A stretch of 57,150 nucleotides of DNA from an uncultured Clostridium sp. (GTDB lineage: Bacteria > Bacillota > Clostridia > Christensenellales > CAG-138), in assembly GCA_964600045.1 (NCBI GenBank), contig CAZRHS010000001.1:77877-135026 (forward strand), read 5' to 3'. Positions within the stretch are counted from its first letter, which is position 1. Each line of letters begins with the position of its first letter. This document shows, piece by piece, positions 1 through 9,647 of this stretch. The position numbers and the translations under genes were made by a program. The notes under the pieces were generated by a model, which did no database searches, was not told the origin of the DNA, and worked only from the letters and a program-made list of their open reading frames with translations.

Positions 1-67
1 CGCGGCTGACGATAGCAACGATCACCAGTATGGCGGCAAGGCCGGCCAGAAGAAGATTAAGACTCAT
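1..67 (-). CDS. small hydrophobic peptide, copy 1 (first 22 codons only; gene runs off the left window edge)
   Basis: ATG at 67-65 with AGGAG (CTCCT at 76-80 on + strand) 8 nt upstream. Translates MSLNLLLAGLAAILVIVAIVSR... Identical to copy 2 except one synonymous AAT/AAC change (56 vs 212). Confidence 0.5.
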   Translation of the reverse strand, partial: MSLNLLLAGLAAILVIVAIVSR

Positions 68-142
68 AATCGCAGCTCCTTTCTTTAAGCTCCTCTAATT
101 GGTTATATCAACAACTTTCACGCAACCACTGTGCGCTAATGC

Positions 143-223
143 TTATTTACCGGTAACGCGGCTGACGATAGCAACGATCACCAGTATGGCGGCAAGGCCG
201 GCCAGAAGAAGGTTAAGACTCAT
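143..223 (-). CDS. small hydrophobic peptide, copy 2 (26 aa, MSLNLLLAGLAAILVIVAIVSRVTGK)
   Basis: ATG at 223-221 with AGGAG (232-236) 8 nt upstream and TAA at 145-143. Single predicted TM-like helix with a short basic tail. It is the 3' end of the 143..592 ORF in the track, whose upstream part is not credible. Confidence 0.55.
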   Translation of the reverse strand: MSLNLLLAGLAAILVIVAIVSRVTGK

Positions 224-325
224 AATCGCAGCTCCTTTCTTTAAGTTCCTTAGGTTGATTATAAAATAACACACTCTTTTGCATTTGTAAAACGCATCAT
301 TTTCATACTTTTGATGAAAAAATGT

Positions 326-354
326 TTGAACACAAAGACAGCATGCCTTATAAT
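326..354 (+). promoter_or_regulatory. sigma-A type promoter for the LysR gene
   Basis: TTGAAC (326-331), 17-nt spacer, TATAAT (349-354). Confidence 0.6.
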
Positions 355-380
355 GAAAAATGAAGGGAGCGTGGGATAAA

Positions 381-1274
381 ATGAGCCTTACAAAATACGA
401 AATACTGATTAAAACCGCGGAATGCGGCAGCTTTACGCGCGCGGCGGAGAAGCTTAATTTTACCCAGTCCGGCATAAGCCACGCGGTAAGCTCGCTGGAG
501 GAGGAACTTGGCACAAAGCTTGTCGTTAGAAGCCACGGCGGAGTGTCGCTCACGGCGGACGGGCGGGAGCTGCTGCCGTATTTCAGCCGCATGTGCGCGC
601 TGCAGCATCAGCTGGAGCAAAAGGCGCAGGACCTGAGGGGGCTGAATACGGGCCTTGTAAAGGTTGCGGCGTTCACAAGCGTTTATGAAAAATGGATGCC
701 GGGCATAGTTAAATCCTTCAGTGAAATGTATCCCCAGATAAAATTCGATTTGCTGCCCTCAAACATAAATTCGCAGATAGAGAAATGGGTAAGGGACGGG
801 GACGCGGACTGCGGCTTTGTAAGCCTGCCCACGGCGGAGGAGCATCTGGACTGCTGGCTATTGCAGCGCGACCAATGGAAGGCGATAGTCGCCTGCGATC
901 ATCCGCTTGCGAATAAGGTACCGTTCCCGCCAAAGGCATTTGAGCAATACCCGGTAATAATGCTTGATGAAGGCGACGATTACGAAATAAACAGGGTTTT
1001 TGATATGCTTAACGTTAAGCCTAATATACAGTACAGCGTTCAGCAGGACCCCACAATACTTGCCATGGTATCAAGCGGGCTTGGCATAAGCCTTACAAAC
1101 GAGCTTATGCTGCAGCGGTGCGCCTATCCGCTTGTGGCCCGCGACCTGCCCCAAAGGTTTTACAGAAATATAGGTATATGCGTAAAAGACAAAAACGCCA
1201 TGTCCTTATCGACACAGCGTTTTATAGACCATGTGCGCCGCTGGGTGGCGCTGTATGGCGGATTGGATTCGTAA
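381..1274 (+). CDS. LysR-family transcriptional regulator
   Basis: N-terminal wHTH FTRAAEKLNFTQSGISHAVSSLEEELG followed by a LysR-type substrate-binding region. ATG 381 is preferred because ATG 360 lies only 6 nt after the -10 box. Confidence 0.9.
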   Translation: MSLTKYEILIKTAECGSFTRAAEKLNFTQSGISHAVSSLEEELGTKLVVRSHGGVSLTADGRELLPYFSRMCALQHQLEQKAQDLRGLNTGLVKVAAFTSVYEKWMPGIVKSFSEMYPQIKFDLLPSNINSQIEKWVRDGDADCGFVSLPTAEEHLDCWLLQRDQWKAIVACDHPLANKVPFPPKAFEQYPVIMLDEGDDYEINRVFDMLNVKPNIQYSVQQDPTILAMVSSGLGISLTNELMLQRCAYPLVARDLPQRFYRNIGICVKDKNAMSLSTQRFIDHVRRWVALYGGLDS

Positions 1275-1282
1275 CGGTTTGA

Positions 1283-1963
1283 TTACAGCTTTTCTATTTC
1301 GTATACCCTGAGTATGCCGTCCTTCACCTTAAAGCGCACGTCAAAGCCGGCGTACTCAAAGCCGAATGGCATATCCGGTTCCGTAAGGTATGCCGGGCGC
1401 GGGTCCTGCGAAAGGGACTCAATAAGCGCCTCCCGCTTGGCGGCGGGTATTACGGAAAGAAGATCGTCCGGGAACTCAACCTTTAATGAATAATCAAGCT
1501 TTTCCCCGGCAAAGCCGTTTTTCGCGTCCGGATGGCTGTCCGTAAACGAAAGATAGGGCTTTATATCATAAATGGGCGTGCCGTCCATAAGGTCCGCGCC
1601 GGACACTATAAGCACCGTGCCAAGGTTCGGCCGCTTTTCAATGCGCTCAAGCTTAACGGAGGATAGGCCTATCGGGTTTGGCCTAAAGGGCGAGCGGGTA
1701 GCGAAAACCCCCATACGCTTGTTCCCGCCAAGGCGCGGCGGCTTTACCATGGGCGACCATTTTTCCGCCTTAACTTCGCTGAAGCCCCATATAAGCCAAA
1801 TGTGCGAATATCCGTCAAGCCCGCGCAGGGCGTTTTCGTCGCGGTATTCGGGCTCGAAAACAATTGTTGAAAGCTGCGCGGCGCTAAGCCCGCTCTGGCG
1901 CGGTATGCCGAACTTGGTTGTAAAGTCGCTTTTTATGGTTGCGATTGTTTTTAACGATTCCAT
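1283..1963 (-). CDS. trmO: tRNA (t6A37) methyltransferase TrmO (TsaA/YaeB family)
   Basis: N-terminus IKSDFTTKFGIPRQSGL and RSPFRPNPIGLS are typical of the TsaA-like fold; 226 aa. Confidence 0.8.
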   Translation of the reverse strand: MESLKTIATIKSDFTTKFGIPRQSGLSAAQLSTIVFEPEYRDENALRGLDGYSHIWLIWGFSEVKAEKWSPMVKPPRLGGNKRMGVFATRSPFRPNPIGLSSVKLERIEKRPNLGTVLIVSGADLMDGTPIYDIKPYLSFTDSHPDAKNGFAGEKLDYSLKVEFPDDLLSVIPAAKREALIESLSQDPRPAYLTEPDMPFGFEYAGFDVRFKVKDGILRVYEIEKL

Positions 1964-1978
1964 ACAAAGTTATATAAA

Positions 1979-2004
1979 GGTCCCTCCGTTTGGGCGGAAG
2001 GACC
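1979..2004 (-). terminator. stem-loop downstream of the phosphodiesterase gene
   Basis: GGTCCCTCCG / CGGAAGGACC 10-bp stem with one mismatch and a 6-nt loop. A T-rich run follows on the minus strand. Confidence 0.45.
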
Positions 2005-2024
2005 CTTTTCTGTTTCAGATTAAA

Positions 2025-2759
2025 TTATTTGAGTGTGCTTATAACCTCGCGGGCCTTGTCCGGATAGTTGGTTATAACGGCCTCTATGCCGGCGCGCGCC
2101 AGGTCGTACACAACCTGCTCATCGTTGCAGGTCCAGGGATGAATCTCTATGCCGGCCTTCTGGCAGCCCTCTATAAGCCCGGGGCAGGCAAGCGCGGCCT
2201 TGAAATGCGGATGAATGGCGTTCGCGTGCAGATAGTTCGCGTATACCCAGGGATCAACCAGCGCCTCGGAATAAAGAAGGCCTATGTTCGCCTTGGGGTC
2301 AAGCTCGCGAACCTTCATAAGAACATAGTGGTTGAAGGAGGAATATATTATCCTGCCCTGCATGCCCATCTCTTTTTCAAGCTCTATAACCTTGTCCCAA
2401 ATGCCGGGGTATATTACAACGTCGCACTTTATTTCAACGTTTATGGTAAGGTTGGTGTTCTTAAGCAGGCCGTAAACCTCCCTGAGGGTGGGGATGCGAA
2501 CGTCCTTATAGCCGCTCATGCCGTTTGAAAAATCAAGGCGCTTAAGCTCCTGGCAGGTCATATCAACAACTCTGCCCGTTCCGTTGGAGGTGCGGTCCAC
2601 CGTTTCGTCGTGAATTACCATCAGCTTGCCGTCGCTGCTAAGATGCACGTCCAGCTCAACGCCGTCCGCCTGCTGCTCAACTGCCAGCTTAAAGGCGGGT
2701 ATGGTGTTTTCCGGCGCGTAGCCGCTCGCGCCCCTGTGTGCCCAAACTTTGGTTGCCAT
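2025..2759 (-). CDS. glycerophosphodiester phosphodiesterase
   Basis: VWAHRGASGYAPENT ... GVELDVHLSSDGKLMVIHDETVDRT is the GDPD signature. Confidence 0.9.
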   Translation of the reverse strand: MATKVWAHRGASGYAPENTIPAFKLAVEQQADGVELDVHLSSDGKLMVIHDETVDRTSNGTGRVVDMTCQELKRLDFSNGMSGYKDVRIPTLREVYGLLKNTNLTINVEIKCDVVIYPGIWDKVIELEKEMGMQGRIIYSSFNHYVLMKVRELDPKANIGLLYSEALVDPWVYANYLHANAIHPHFKAALACPGLIEGCQKAGIEIHPWTCNDEQVVYDLARAGIEAVITNYPDKAREVISTLK

Positions 2760-2783
2760 TATTGTTTACCTCCTATAGGGTTA

Positions 2784-3812
2784 TTACGCGTTTATAAGGG
2801 AAGCGAAAGTGCTTACGGCGTATTCAACGTCCTTTGCGGAAACATCGTTATTTGTAACGAAACGGAATTCGCCAAGCTCCTCGGGGCTTATTATAACGCC
2901 CTTTTCCTTCATCATGTCGGGCAGCGCGTCCTTAAGGGCGGCGGGCCTGTCAAGCTTAAAGAATACCATGTTTATCTGCACGGAATCCATGTCCACGCTA
3001 ACGCCGTCAAGCGCGTTAAGAAGCTCCGCCATGCGGCGGGCGTTCTTGTGGTCCTCGCCCAGGCGCTTTGTCATGTCCTTAAGGGATATAATGCCGGCGG
3101 CCGCCAAAATGCCTGCCTGCCTCATGCCGCCGCCAAGCAGCTTGCGCCACTTTCTCGCGCGAGCAACGGTTGCCTTGGGGCCTGCGAATATGGCGCCCAC
3201 GGGGGAGCAAAGGCCCTTTGAAAGGCAGCAGGAGAGGGTATCGGTATACTGTGTAATCTCCTTAACGTCAACGCCCAAAGCGGTTGCCGCGTTAAATACC
3301 CTCGCTCCGTCCATGTGTATGGGCAGATTGTTCGCGTCCGCAATCTTTCTTATTTCAGCCATTGTTTCAAGCGGAACAACGCGGCCGTTCGCAAGCGCGT
3401 TTTCAATGCATATAAGCGCCGTGGGGGGCTCGTGTATATCGTCCGGCCTTATGCGGGCGGCTATCATCTCCGGAACAGGTACGCAGTTTGGATAATCAAT
3501 CTGCCTTATGCTTACGCCGCTCAGCACCGCGGCCGCGCCAACCTCGTGCATAACAATATGGCTCTGCGCGCCGGCTATAATCTCGTCGCCGCGGCGGGTC
3601 TGGCTCATTATGCCAAGCTGGTTGCCCATGGTGCCGCTTGTTACGAACATGGCCGCTTCCTTGCCGAGCATCTCGGCGGCAAGCCTTTCAAGCTCGTTTA
3701 CCGTGGGGTCGTCGCCGTATACATCGTCGCCAACCTCGGCGGCGGCCATTGCCGCGCGCATGGCAAGGGTGGGCTTGGTTACGGTATCGCTTCTAAGGTC
3801 GATATAATTCAT
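2784..3812 (-). CDS. ltaE: low-specificity L-threonine aldolase
   Basis: IDLRSDTVTKPT ... GDDVYGDDPTVNELE is the beta-eliminating lyase/threonine aldolase N-terminus; 342 aa. Confidence 0.9.
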   Translation of the reverse strand: MNYIDLRSDTVTKPTLAMRAAMAAAEVGDDVYGDDPTVNELERLAAEMLGKEAAMFVTSGTMGNQLGIMSQTRRGDEIIAGAQSHIVMHEVGAAAVLSGVSIRQIDYPNCVPVPEMIAARIRPDDIHEPPTALICIENALANGRVVPLETMAEIRKIADANNLPIHMDGARVFNAATALGVDVKEITQYTDTLSCCLSKGLCSPVGAIFAGPKATVARARKWRKLLGGGMRQAGILAAAGIISLKDMTKRLGEDHKNARRMAELLNALDGVSVDMDSVQINMVFFKLDRPAALKDALPDMMKEKGVIISPEELGEFRFVTNNDVSAKDVEYAVSTFASLINA

Positions 3813-3834
3813 AATTCCCTCCGTTTATAATATT

Positions 3835-4596
3835 TCAGTTTATTTCAAGCATTACCGGGCAGTGGTCACTTCCAGTAACCTCCGGCAGAATGCTGCTCTG
3901 CTCTATTCTGTGCTTAAATCTTTCGCTTACCACAAAGTAGTCAATGCGCCAGCCTATGTTCCTTGCGCGGGAGTTCGCCATGTAGCTCCACCAGGAATAG
4001 CAGTCCGTTTTATCGGGATAAAGATAGCGGAAGCTGTCCACGAAGCCGCTTTTAAGAAGCAGGCTGAATTTTTCGCGCTCCTGATCCGTAAAGCCCGCGT
4101 TATTGTGGTTGGTTTTCGGGTTCTTAAGGTCTATTTCCTCGTGAGCCACGTTAAGATCGCCGCAGAGTATTACGGGCTTTTTCTTATCAAGCTCAGTCAG
4201 GTATTTCCTGAATTCGTCCTCCCAGTCCATGCGGAACTCAAGCCTTGTAAGCTCGCGCTGGGAATTGGGCGTGTAGCAATCGACAAAATAGAATTCCTCA
4301 AATTCAAGCGTTATAACCCTGCCCTCGTTCGGGAAACCTAAGGACTCCATGTCCGGCATGTCGTAGCTTACGCTTATGGGCTTATGCTTTGTGAAAACGG
4401 CCGTGCCGCTGTATCCCTTCTTTTCGGCGCTGTGCCAAAATTGCTCGTAGCCGGGCAGGTCAAGCTCAATCTGGTGCGGCTGAAGCTTTGTTTCCTGCAG
4501 GGCGATTATATCCGCGTTAATCGTATGGAAAAACTCCATAAAGCCCTTGCCCATGCAGGCGCGAAGACCGTTTACGTTCCATGATACAAGGCGCAA
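3835..4596 (-). CDS. xth: exodeoxyribonuclease III
   Basis: MRLVSWNVNGLRA, LQETK, GDLNVAH and SDHCPV are EEP nuclease motifs. Confidence 0.93.
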   Translation of the reverse strand: MRLVSWNVNGLRACMGKGFMEFFHTINADIIALQETKLQPHQIELDLPGYEQFWHSAEKKGYSGTAVFTKHKPISVSYDMPDMESLGFPNEGRVITLEFEEFYFVDCYTPNSQRELTRLEFRMDWEDEFRKYLTELDKKKPVILCGDLNVAHEEIDLKNPKTNHNNAGFTDQEREKFSLLLKSGFVDSFRYLYPDKTDCYSWWSYMANSRARNIGWRIDYFVVSERFKHRIEQSSILPEVTGSDHCPVMLEIN

Positions 4597-4597
4597 A

Positions 4598-6262
4598 TTA
4601 TTTATCCTCCCTGTAAAAAGTGCAGCCGCCTATAAACTCGCGAAGAATGCTCGTGGGCGGTATTTCGTCCTCTATATCCGCATCCAGATAATAGTTCAAA
4701 ACCTTTATAATGTCCCTTGCCGCGGCGTAGCAGGGGCTTTCGGTAGGAACCGCCTGAAGCAGGGGGTAAACATATTTTTTAAGCACAGCCGTTTCGTAAA
4801 CAAGGGTTGTGTTAAAAAGCGCGTCCGCGTTTTCCTGATAGGGGAATATCCATTTTTCCTCGCCGCGCCTAACGCTTTGCCACATTGAAAGCGTGTATTC
4901 CATGTCCGCCCCGCGGGTTTTGAAGTCCCTGACAAGGCGGCGAAGAAGCCGGGCATCGGTTGTGTGAATCCTGTTGTGGTCGTCCAAATTAAGCGTTGTA
5001 AGCGCGCTTACATAAACGCGGAAAAGCTTATCCCTGTCTATATTGTCGCCTAAAAGGGCGGGGTTTAAGGCATGTATACCCTCTATTATAATCGGCTCGT
5101 CCTTATGGAGCTTCATGGGTATTGTTTCCTTGGAGCGTTTGCCGGTTATAAAATCAAATATGGGAATTTCAACCTCCTCGCCGCGCATAAGGGCCGCAAG
5201 GTCGCTTGAAAAGCGGGGTATATCAAGGTTGCATATATGCTCAAGGTCCTTTTCGCCAAATTCGTCTATCGGGCAAAGATCCCTGTCCACATAATAATTA
5301 TCCATTGAAATAAGCCTGGGGTCCTGCCCAAGAACCCTAAGCTGGGTGGCAAGGCGATGGGCGCTCGTGGTTTTGCCGGAAGAGCTTGGACCTGCCACGA
5401 GTATGGCGCGGGTTGAGCGCGCGACTATCTGATCGGCTATATTCGCGTATGCCTTTTCATGAAGCGCCTCGTTCACGCGCACAAGCTCGCGTATTTTGCC
5501 GCTTGAAACAAGCGAGTTAAGCTCACCAACCGTTGCGCAGTGCATAAGCTTGCCCCAGTCGTCGCTCTGGCGGAATGTTTCGGCGAACTTGGGCTGCGGC
5601 TCGTAGTCGCTCGGCACATCGGGCTCATCGTTTCTTGGCAAAAGCAGAATAAGAGCGTCTTCATTAAACTTAAGCCTGAATACGTCCGCATAGTCCGTTG
5701 ACGGGGCCATTTCACCATAGAAATAGTCCTTATAGTCGCCTATCGAATAAACATCAAAGTAGTTGAACTTGCGCCATTTAAGCAGCTCCGCCTTGTCCTG
5801 CTGACCGTCGCGCTCATAGTAGGCTATGGCTTCTTTTATATTAAGCCGCTTTCTTTCAAGCGGGAGCGCCGCGCGCACAAGGTTTCGCATTTCACTTTCA
5901 AGCTTAAGCACGTCCTGCTCGCTGAGCGCGGGCTGCTTGTCTACGGTTATATAAAGCCCGGGGCCGAGCGTGTATCTTACGCATACCCGCGCGCCGGGGA
6001 AAAGCCGCCTTACCGCGGCGATGAATATAAACTGAATCGTCCGCTCATATACCCTGCGGCCGGCTTCCTCCTTGTAATTCAAAAGATGAACGGATAAATC
6101 CCTGTTGGGCGCGTATCTAAGGCTGAATACCTCGCCGCCTATCTGCGCCGCGAGGGGACGGGAAACAAGGCTTGAATTGTCAAGACCCAGCTTTTTTACC
6201 GCGTCCAGCAGCGTTTCGCCCTGATTTATTTCGCATATTTTAGAGTCAAGCGTTATTTTCAT
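4598..6262 (-). CDS. TGS-domain / uridine-kinase-family nucleoside kinase fusion protein
   Basis: N-terminal TGS-like MKITLDSKICEINQGETLLDAVKKLG. Walker A GPSSSGKTT with a PRK/uridine-kinase-like C-terminal half; 554 aa. Confidence 0.8.
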   Translation of the reverse strand: MKITLDSKICEINQGETLLDAVKKLGLDNSSLVSRPLAAQIGGEVFSLRYAPNRDLSVHLLNYKEEAGRRVYERTIQFIFIAAVRRLFPGARVCVRYTLGPGLYITVDKQPALSEQDVLKLESEMRNLVRAALPLERKRLNIKEAIAYYERDGQQDKAELLKWRKFNYFDVYSIGDYKDYFYGEMAPSTDYADVFRLKFNEDALILLLPRNDEPDVPSDYEPQPKFAETFRQSDDWGKLMHCATVGELNSLVSSGKIRELVRVNEALHEKAYANIADQIVARSTRAILVAGPSSSGKTTSAHRLATQLRVLGQDPRLISMDNYYVDRDLCPIDEFGEKDLEHICNLDIPRFSSDLAALMRGEEVEIPIFDFITGKRSKETIPMKLHKDEPIIIEGIHALNPALLGDNIDRDKLFRVYVSALTTLNLDDHNRIHTTDARLLRRLVRDFKTRGADMEYTLSMWQSVRRGEEKWIFPYQENADALFNTTLVYETAVLKKYVYPLLQAVPTESPCYAAARDIIKVLNYYLDADIEDEIPPTSILREFIGGCTFYREDK

Positions 6263-6460
6263 AGCTTACCTAACCTTTGTATTACTTATATCAATTTATT
6301 ATACAACAAAAAGAGCCATTATAAAGCCGCAACTCAACAAAATTTGAAAAGTTGGCGAATAATTCATACTTTGCCGTATTTCGCGGCTTCTATTATGATA
6401 TAATGACAAGCGGCGCGGCGTGTTTGCGCCGCATAACACAAAAAAACAGGACTTATATAC

Positions 6461-8089
6461 ATGGAAAAGAAACAAAAGTCTTTCGTGCAGGGCGCGGCGC
6501 TTTTGGGCGCGGCGGGCCTGGTGGTAAAAATAATAGGCGCGGTATTCCGCATCCCGTTCGCTAACGCCGTGGGAACGGAAGGCTCGTGCTATTACGACGC
6601 GGCCTATCCTTATTACTCATTCCTTCTTGTTATATCCTCGTCCGGCTTGCCCACCGCCATATCAAAGCAGGTGAGCGAGCGCATAGCCGTGGGCGACCAC
6701 AGGGGAGCAAGGGAAGTGCTGAACGTGGCAGTAAAGCTGCTTGCCATAATTGGCATTATAACAAGCGTTGCCATGTTCCTTGGCGCAAAGGTGTTCGCGA
6801 GCATAACAACCTACCCCGAAACGGTTTACAGCTTCCGCGCGCTTGCCCCGGCGCTGCTGTTTGTATCGATTATGTGCGCGTACAGGGGATATCTTCAGGG
6901 CCTGCAGCAAATGGCGGGCACTGCCCTTTCGCAGATAGCGGAGCAGCTTGGCAAGCTTGTTATAGGGCTTACGCTTGCAATAAAGCTTTTGCCCAAAGGA
7001 CCCGAATACGCCGCCATGGGCGCCCTTATAGGCGTTAGCATAAGCGAGCTTATGGGCCTTGCGGTGGTATACGTTTTCTACCGCAGAAGAAAAAAGAGCA
7101 TGGACAGGCTTATAGCAAATCAGCCCGAATCACAGGACAGGGGCTTTGGCGCGGTAGCGAAGGCACTGCTTGCCATAGCCATACCCATAACGATAGGCGC
7201 ATCCATAAGCCCCCTTACCGGCATGGTGGACAGCGCCCTTATAGGCAGAATACTCGCGAATTTGGGCTACAGCGAGGAGGTAAGAAAAACCGCTTACTCT
7301 TTGCTTAGAACCTATGTTACAACGCTTATAAACATGCCGGGCGTATTGACAATGGCGCTTGCGATGAGCCTTGTGCCCGCAATTTCAGCTAAAAACGCGA
7401 TGCGCGACCGCGCGGGGGTAAAATCCACCGCAAGGCTTGGATTAAAGCTTGCCCTTATAATAGGCATGCCGTGCGCGGTTGGCCTTTTTGTGCTGGCGGA
7501 GCCTATACTGCACATGCTTTATCCAAAGCTTACCGAATCGGAGCTTGCTTTGGCTGTGGACATTATGCATACGGCGAGCATGGGCGTTATATTCCTTTCC
7601 ATGGTGCAGTCCATGACGGGCGTTGTGCAGGGCCTTGGCAAGCCGAGAGTGCCCGTGTTTAACCTTTTCATAGGGTTTGTGCTTAAGGTTATAACAATGC
7701 TTGTGCTTATGAATATACCCAGCATAAATATTCAGGGCGCGGCTGTTTCAACGGTTGTGTGCTATGCTTACGCGGGCGTTGCGGATACCATATACATGGT
7801 GCGCCGCACAAAGTGCAAGGTGAATATTTACGATGTGATTATAAAGCCCGCGGCGGCTTCCGTTGCCATGGGGCTTACGGTGCACTTTGCTTATCTGATA
7901 CTGGCAAAATCCGGCCACGCTACGGTTGCTACGCTGGGCGCGGTTATAGCCGGCGTTGCCGTGTACGGAATACTGGCCATAGTGCTTAAAATGCTTTCAA
8001 GCGAAGAGCTTAACTATATCCCCGGCGGCGGTAAGCTTAGGCGCATAATGTACCGGGGCGAAAAGAGCAAGCAGAACAGGGAGGCTTAA
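6461..8089 (+). CDS. MOP-superfamily polysaccharide/lipid II flippase (SpoVB/YabM/MurJ-like)
   Basis: About 14 predicted TM segments. The N-terminus GAALLGAAGLVVKIIGAVFRIP is typical of the family, and it sits directly upstream of the yabN-like mazG as in Bacillus yabM-yabN. Confidence 0.85.
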   Translation: MEKKQKSFVQGAALLGAAGLVVKIIGAVFRIPFANAVGTEGSCYYDAAYPYYSFLLVISSSGLPTAISKQVSERIAVGDHRGAREVLNVAVKLLAIIGIITSVAMFLGAKVFASITTYPETVYSFRALAPALLFVSIMCAYRGYLQGLQQMAGTALSQIAEQLGKLVIGLTLAIKLLPKGPEYAAMGALIGVSISELMGLAVVYVFYRRRKKSMDRLIANQPESQDRGFGAVAKALLAIAIPITIGASISPLTGMVDSALIGRILANLGYSEEVRKTAYSLLRTYVTTLINMPGVLTMALAMSLVPAISAKNAMRDRAGVKSTARLGLKLALIIGMPCAVGLFVLAEPILHMLYPKLTESELALAVDIMHTASMGVIFLSMVQSMTGVVQGLGKPRVPVFNLFIGFVLKVITMLVLMNIPSINIQGAAVSTVVCYAYAGVADTIYMVRRTKCKVNIYDVIIKPAAASVAMGLTVHFAYLILAKSGHATVATLGAVIAGVAVYGILAIVLKMLSSEELNYIPGGGKLRRIMYRGEKSKQNREA

Positions 8090-8090
8090 T

Positions 8091-9548
8091 ATGATTCTTA
8101 CCGTAGCGCCGCTTTCAACACCCGCGGCCGTAACGGCGGCGGCACAGCGCGCCATAATGAGCGCCGAGCGGCTTTTTATACAGACCGAGCAGCACCCGAG
8201 CGCCTATTGGCTGAAGGAGAGCGGCCTTAAATATCAAAGCATGGATAAGCTTTATGAGGACTGCTACGATTTTGATGAGCTTAACGAGGCTATAGCCGAA
8301 AAGCTTTTTGAAGAGGATAAGGACACCGTGTACGCGCCCGTGGGCCGCGGGGCGGGCGAGGCGCTTATGGCCGCCATAAAGAATAAAGCGGCCGAAAAGG
8401 GAGCGAAGATAAAAATACTCGCTTCAAGCGGATATGCCGAGGCGGCGCTCAGCGCGGCGGGAATGCCGTTTTCAATGGGCAATATAAGAATACTCAGCGC
8501 CAACGAGCTGCCGTGCGGAATAGATACGCGCGTGCCGCTTTGCGTAGAGGAAGTGGATACGCCTATACGCGCGGGAGAGGTTAAGCTTGCGCTCAGCGAA
8601 TACTACCCGGACGAGCATGACGTTACGCTTGCGTATATGGATGAGAAGGGTGAATACTCCTGCGAGAATATAAAGCTTTATGAGCTTGACAGGAAGGCGG
8701 GCAAATACTTTGCCGCAACCGTGCTTATGGTGCCGCCTGTGGCGCTTGAAGGGCTTGAAAGGCACGGCATGGACAGCCTTGTAGAGGTTGTTGGCCGGCT
8801 GCGCGCGGAGGGCGGATGCCCCTGGGACAGGGAGCAGACGCACGAAAGCCTTAGAAACACGATGATAGAGGAGGCCTACGAGGCCGTTGACGCCATTGAG
8901 CGCGGCGATATGGATGCCCTTTGCGAGGAGCTGGGGGACGTGCTGCTGCAGGTTGTTTTCCACGCCCAGCTTGAAACCGAGGCGAGCGACTTTACTATAA
9001 GGGACGTTACAACCGGCATTGTCAAAAAGCTTATATATCGCCACCCGCACGTTTTTTCAACCGTTAGCGTATCGGGCACGGAAGAGGTGCTTAAAAACTG
9101 GGAAGTGCTTAAAAAGAAGGAAAAGCACATGCATACCGCAACCGAAACCATGCAGGCGGTTCCCGATTGCTTCCCCGCGCTTATGCGGGCGGGCAAGCTG
9201 CAGAAGCGGGCCGGTGCCGTGGGATACGATATAAAGGACGTAAATACGGCGCTTGACGCACTTACGGCGGCCTGCGAAAGAATGCGCAAGCTGTATGACG
9301 AAAAGGCGGGGGAGGACGAGCTTTACGCCTCTGCCGAGGAGCTTCTCTTCAGCGCGGTATACGTTATGCGCGCGCTTAAGCTTGATGCGGAGATTACGCT
9401 TAGGGATGCGGGCAACGCCTTCCTTAACGCTTTTGCCGAAAAAGAGAGGCTCTGCGCCGAAAACGGCACGGAACTGGGCACGCTTGACCCCGACAAACTG
9501 CACGAATTATGGCAAAGTGGAAAACAGCCAAAAACAAGGATTTTTTAA
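8091..9548 (+). CDS. mazG: YabN-type protein: tetrapyrrole-methylase-like N-domain fused to MazG nucleotide pyrophosphohydrolase
   Basis: MazG motif EEAYEAVDAIERGDMDALCEELGDVLLQVVFH; 485 aa. Confidence 0.88.
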   Translation: MILTVAPLSTPAAVTAAAQRAIMSAERLFIQTEQHPSAYWLKESGLKYQSMDKLYEDCYDFDELNEAIAEKLFEEDKDTVYAPVGRGAGEALMAAIKNKAAEKGAKIKILASSGYAEAALSAAGMPFSMGNIRILSANELPCGIDTRVPLCVEEVDTPIRAGEVKLALSEYYPDEHDVTLAYMDEKGEYSCENIKLYELDRKAGKYFAATVLMVPPVALEGLERHGMDSLVEVVGRLRAEGGCPWDREQTHESLRNTMIEEAYEAVDAIERGDMDALCEELGDVLLQVVFHAQLETEASDFTIRDVTTGIVKKLIYRHPHVFSTVSVSGTEEVLKNWEVLKKKEKHMHTATETMQAVPDCFPALMRAGKLQKRAGAVGYDIKDVNTALDALTAACERMRKLYDEKAGEDELYASAEELLFSAVYVMRALKLDAEITLRDAGNAFLNAFAEKERLCAENGTELGTLDPDKLHELWQSGKQPKTRIF

Positions 9549-9647
9549 GCTGAAAAAAGCAAAAAAGTGCTTGTACTAAAAGCAAAAAGCTGATACAATA
9601 TGCCTTGCGCAAAATTGTTGCCGATAATTTTTAGGAGGATAGAAGTA

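Larger units (their letters stand above)
1..250. repeat. tandem direct duplication: unit 1-94 repeated at 157-250 (156-nt period)
   Basis: Aligned by eye. Units are identical over 1-89 vs 157-245 except A56/G212, and similarity decays after 94/250. Each unit carries the SD plus the micro-ORF. Confidence 0.9.

Noticed and set aside
143-592. 149-aa minus-strand ORF in the track
   Set aside because: It runs antisense through the LysR promoter and 5' coding region and has no SD at its start. Only its last 26 codons (143-223), which have a perfect SD and a duplicated copy, look real.
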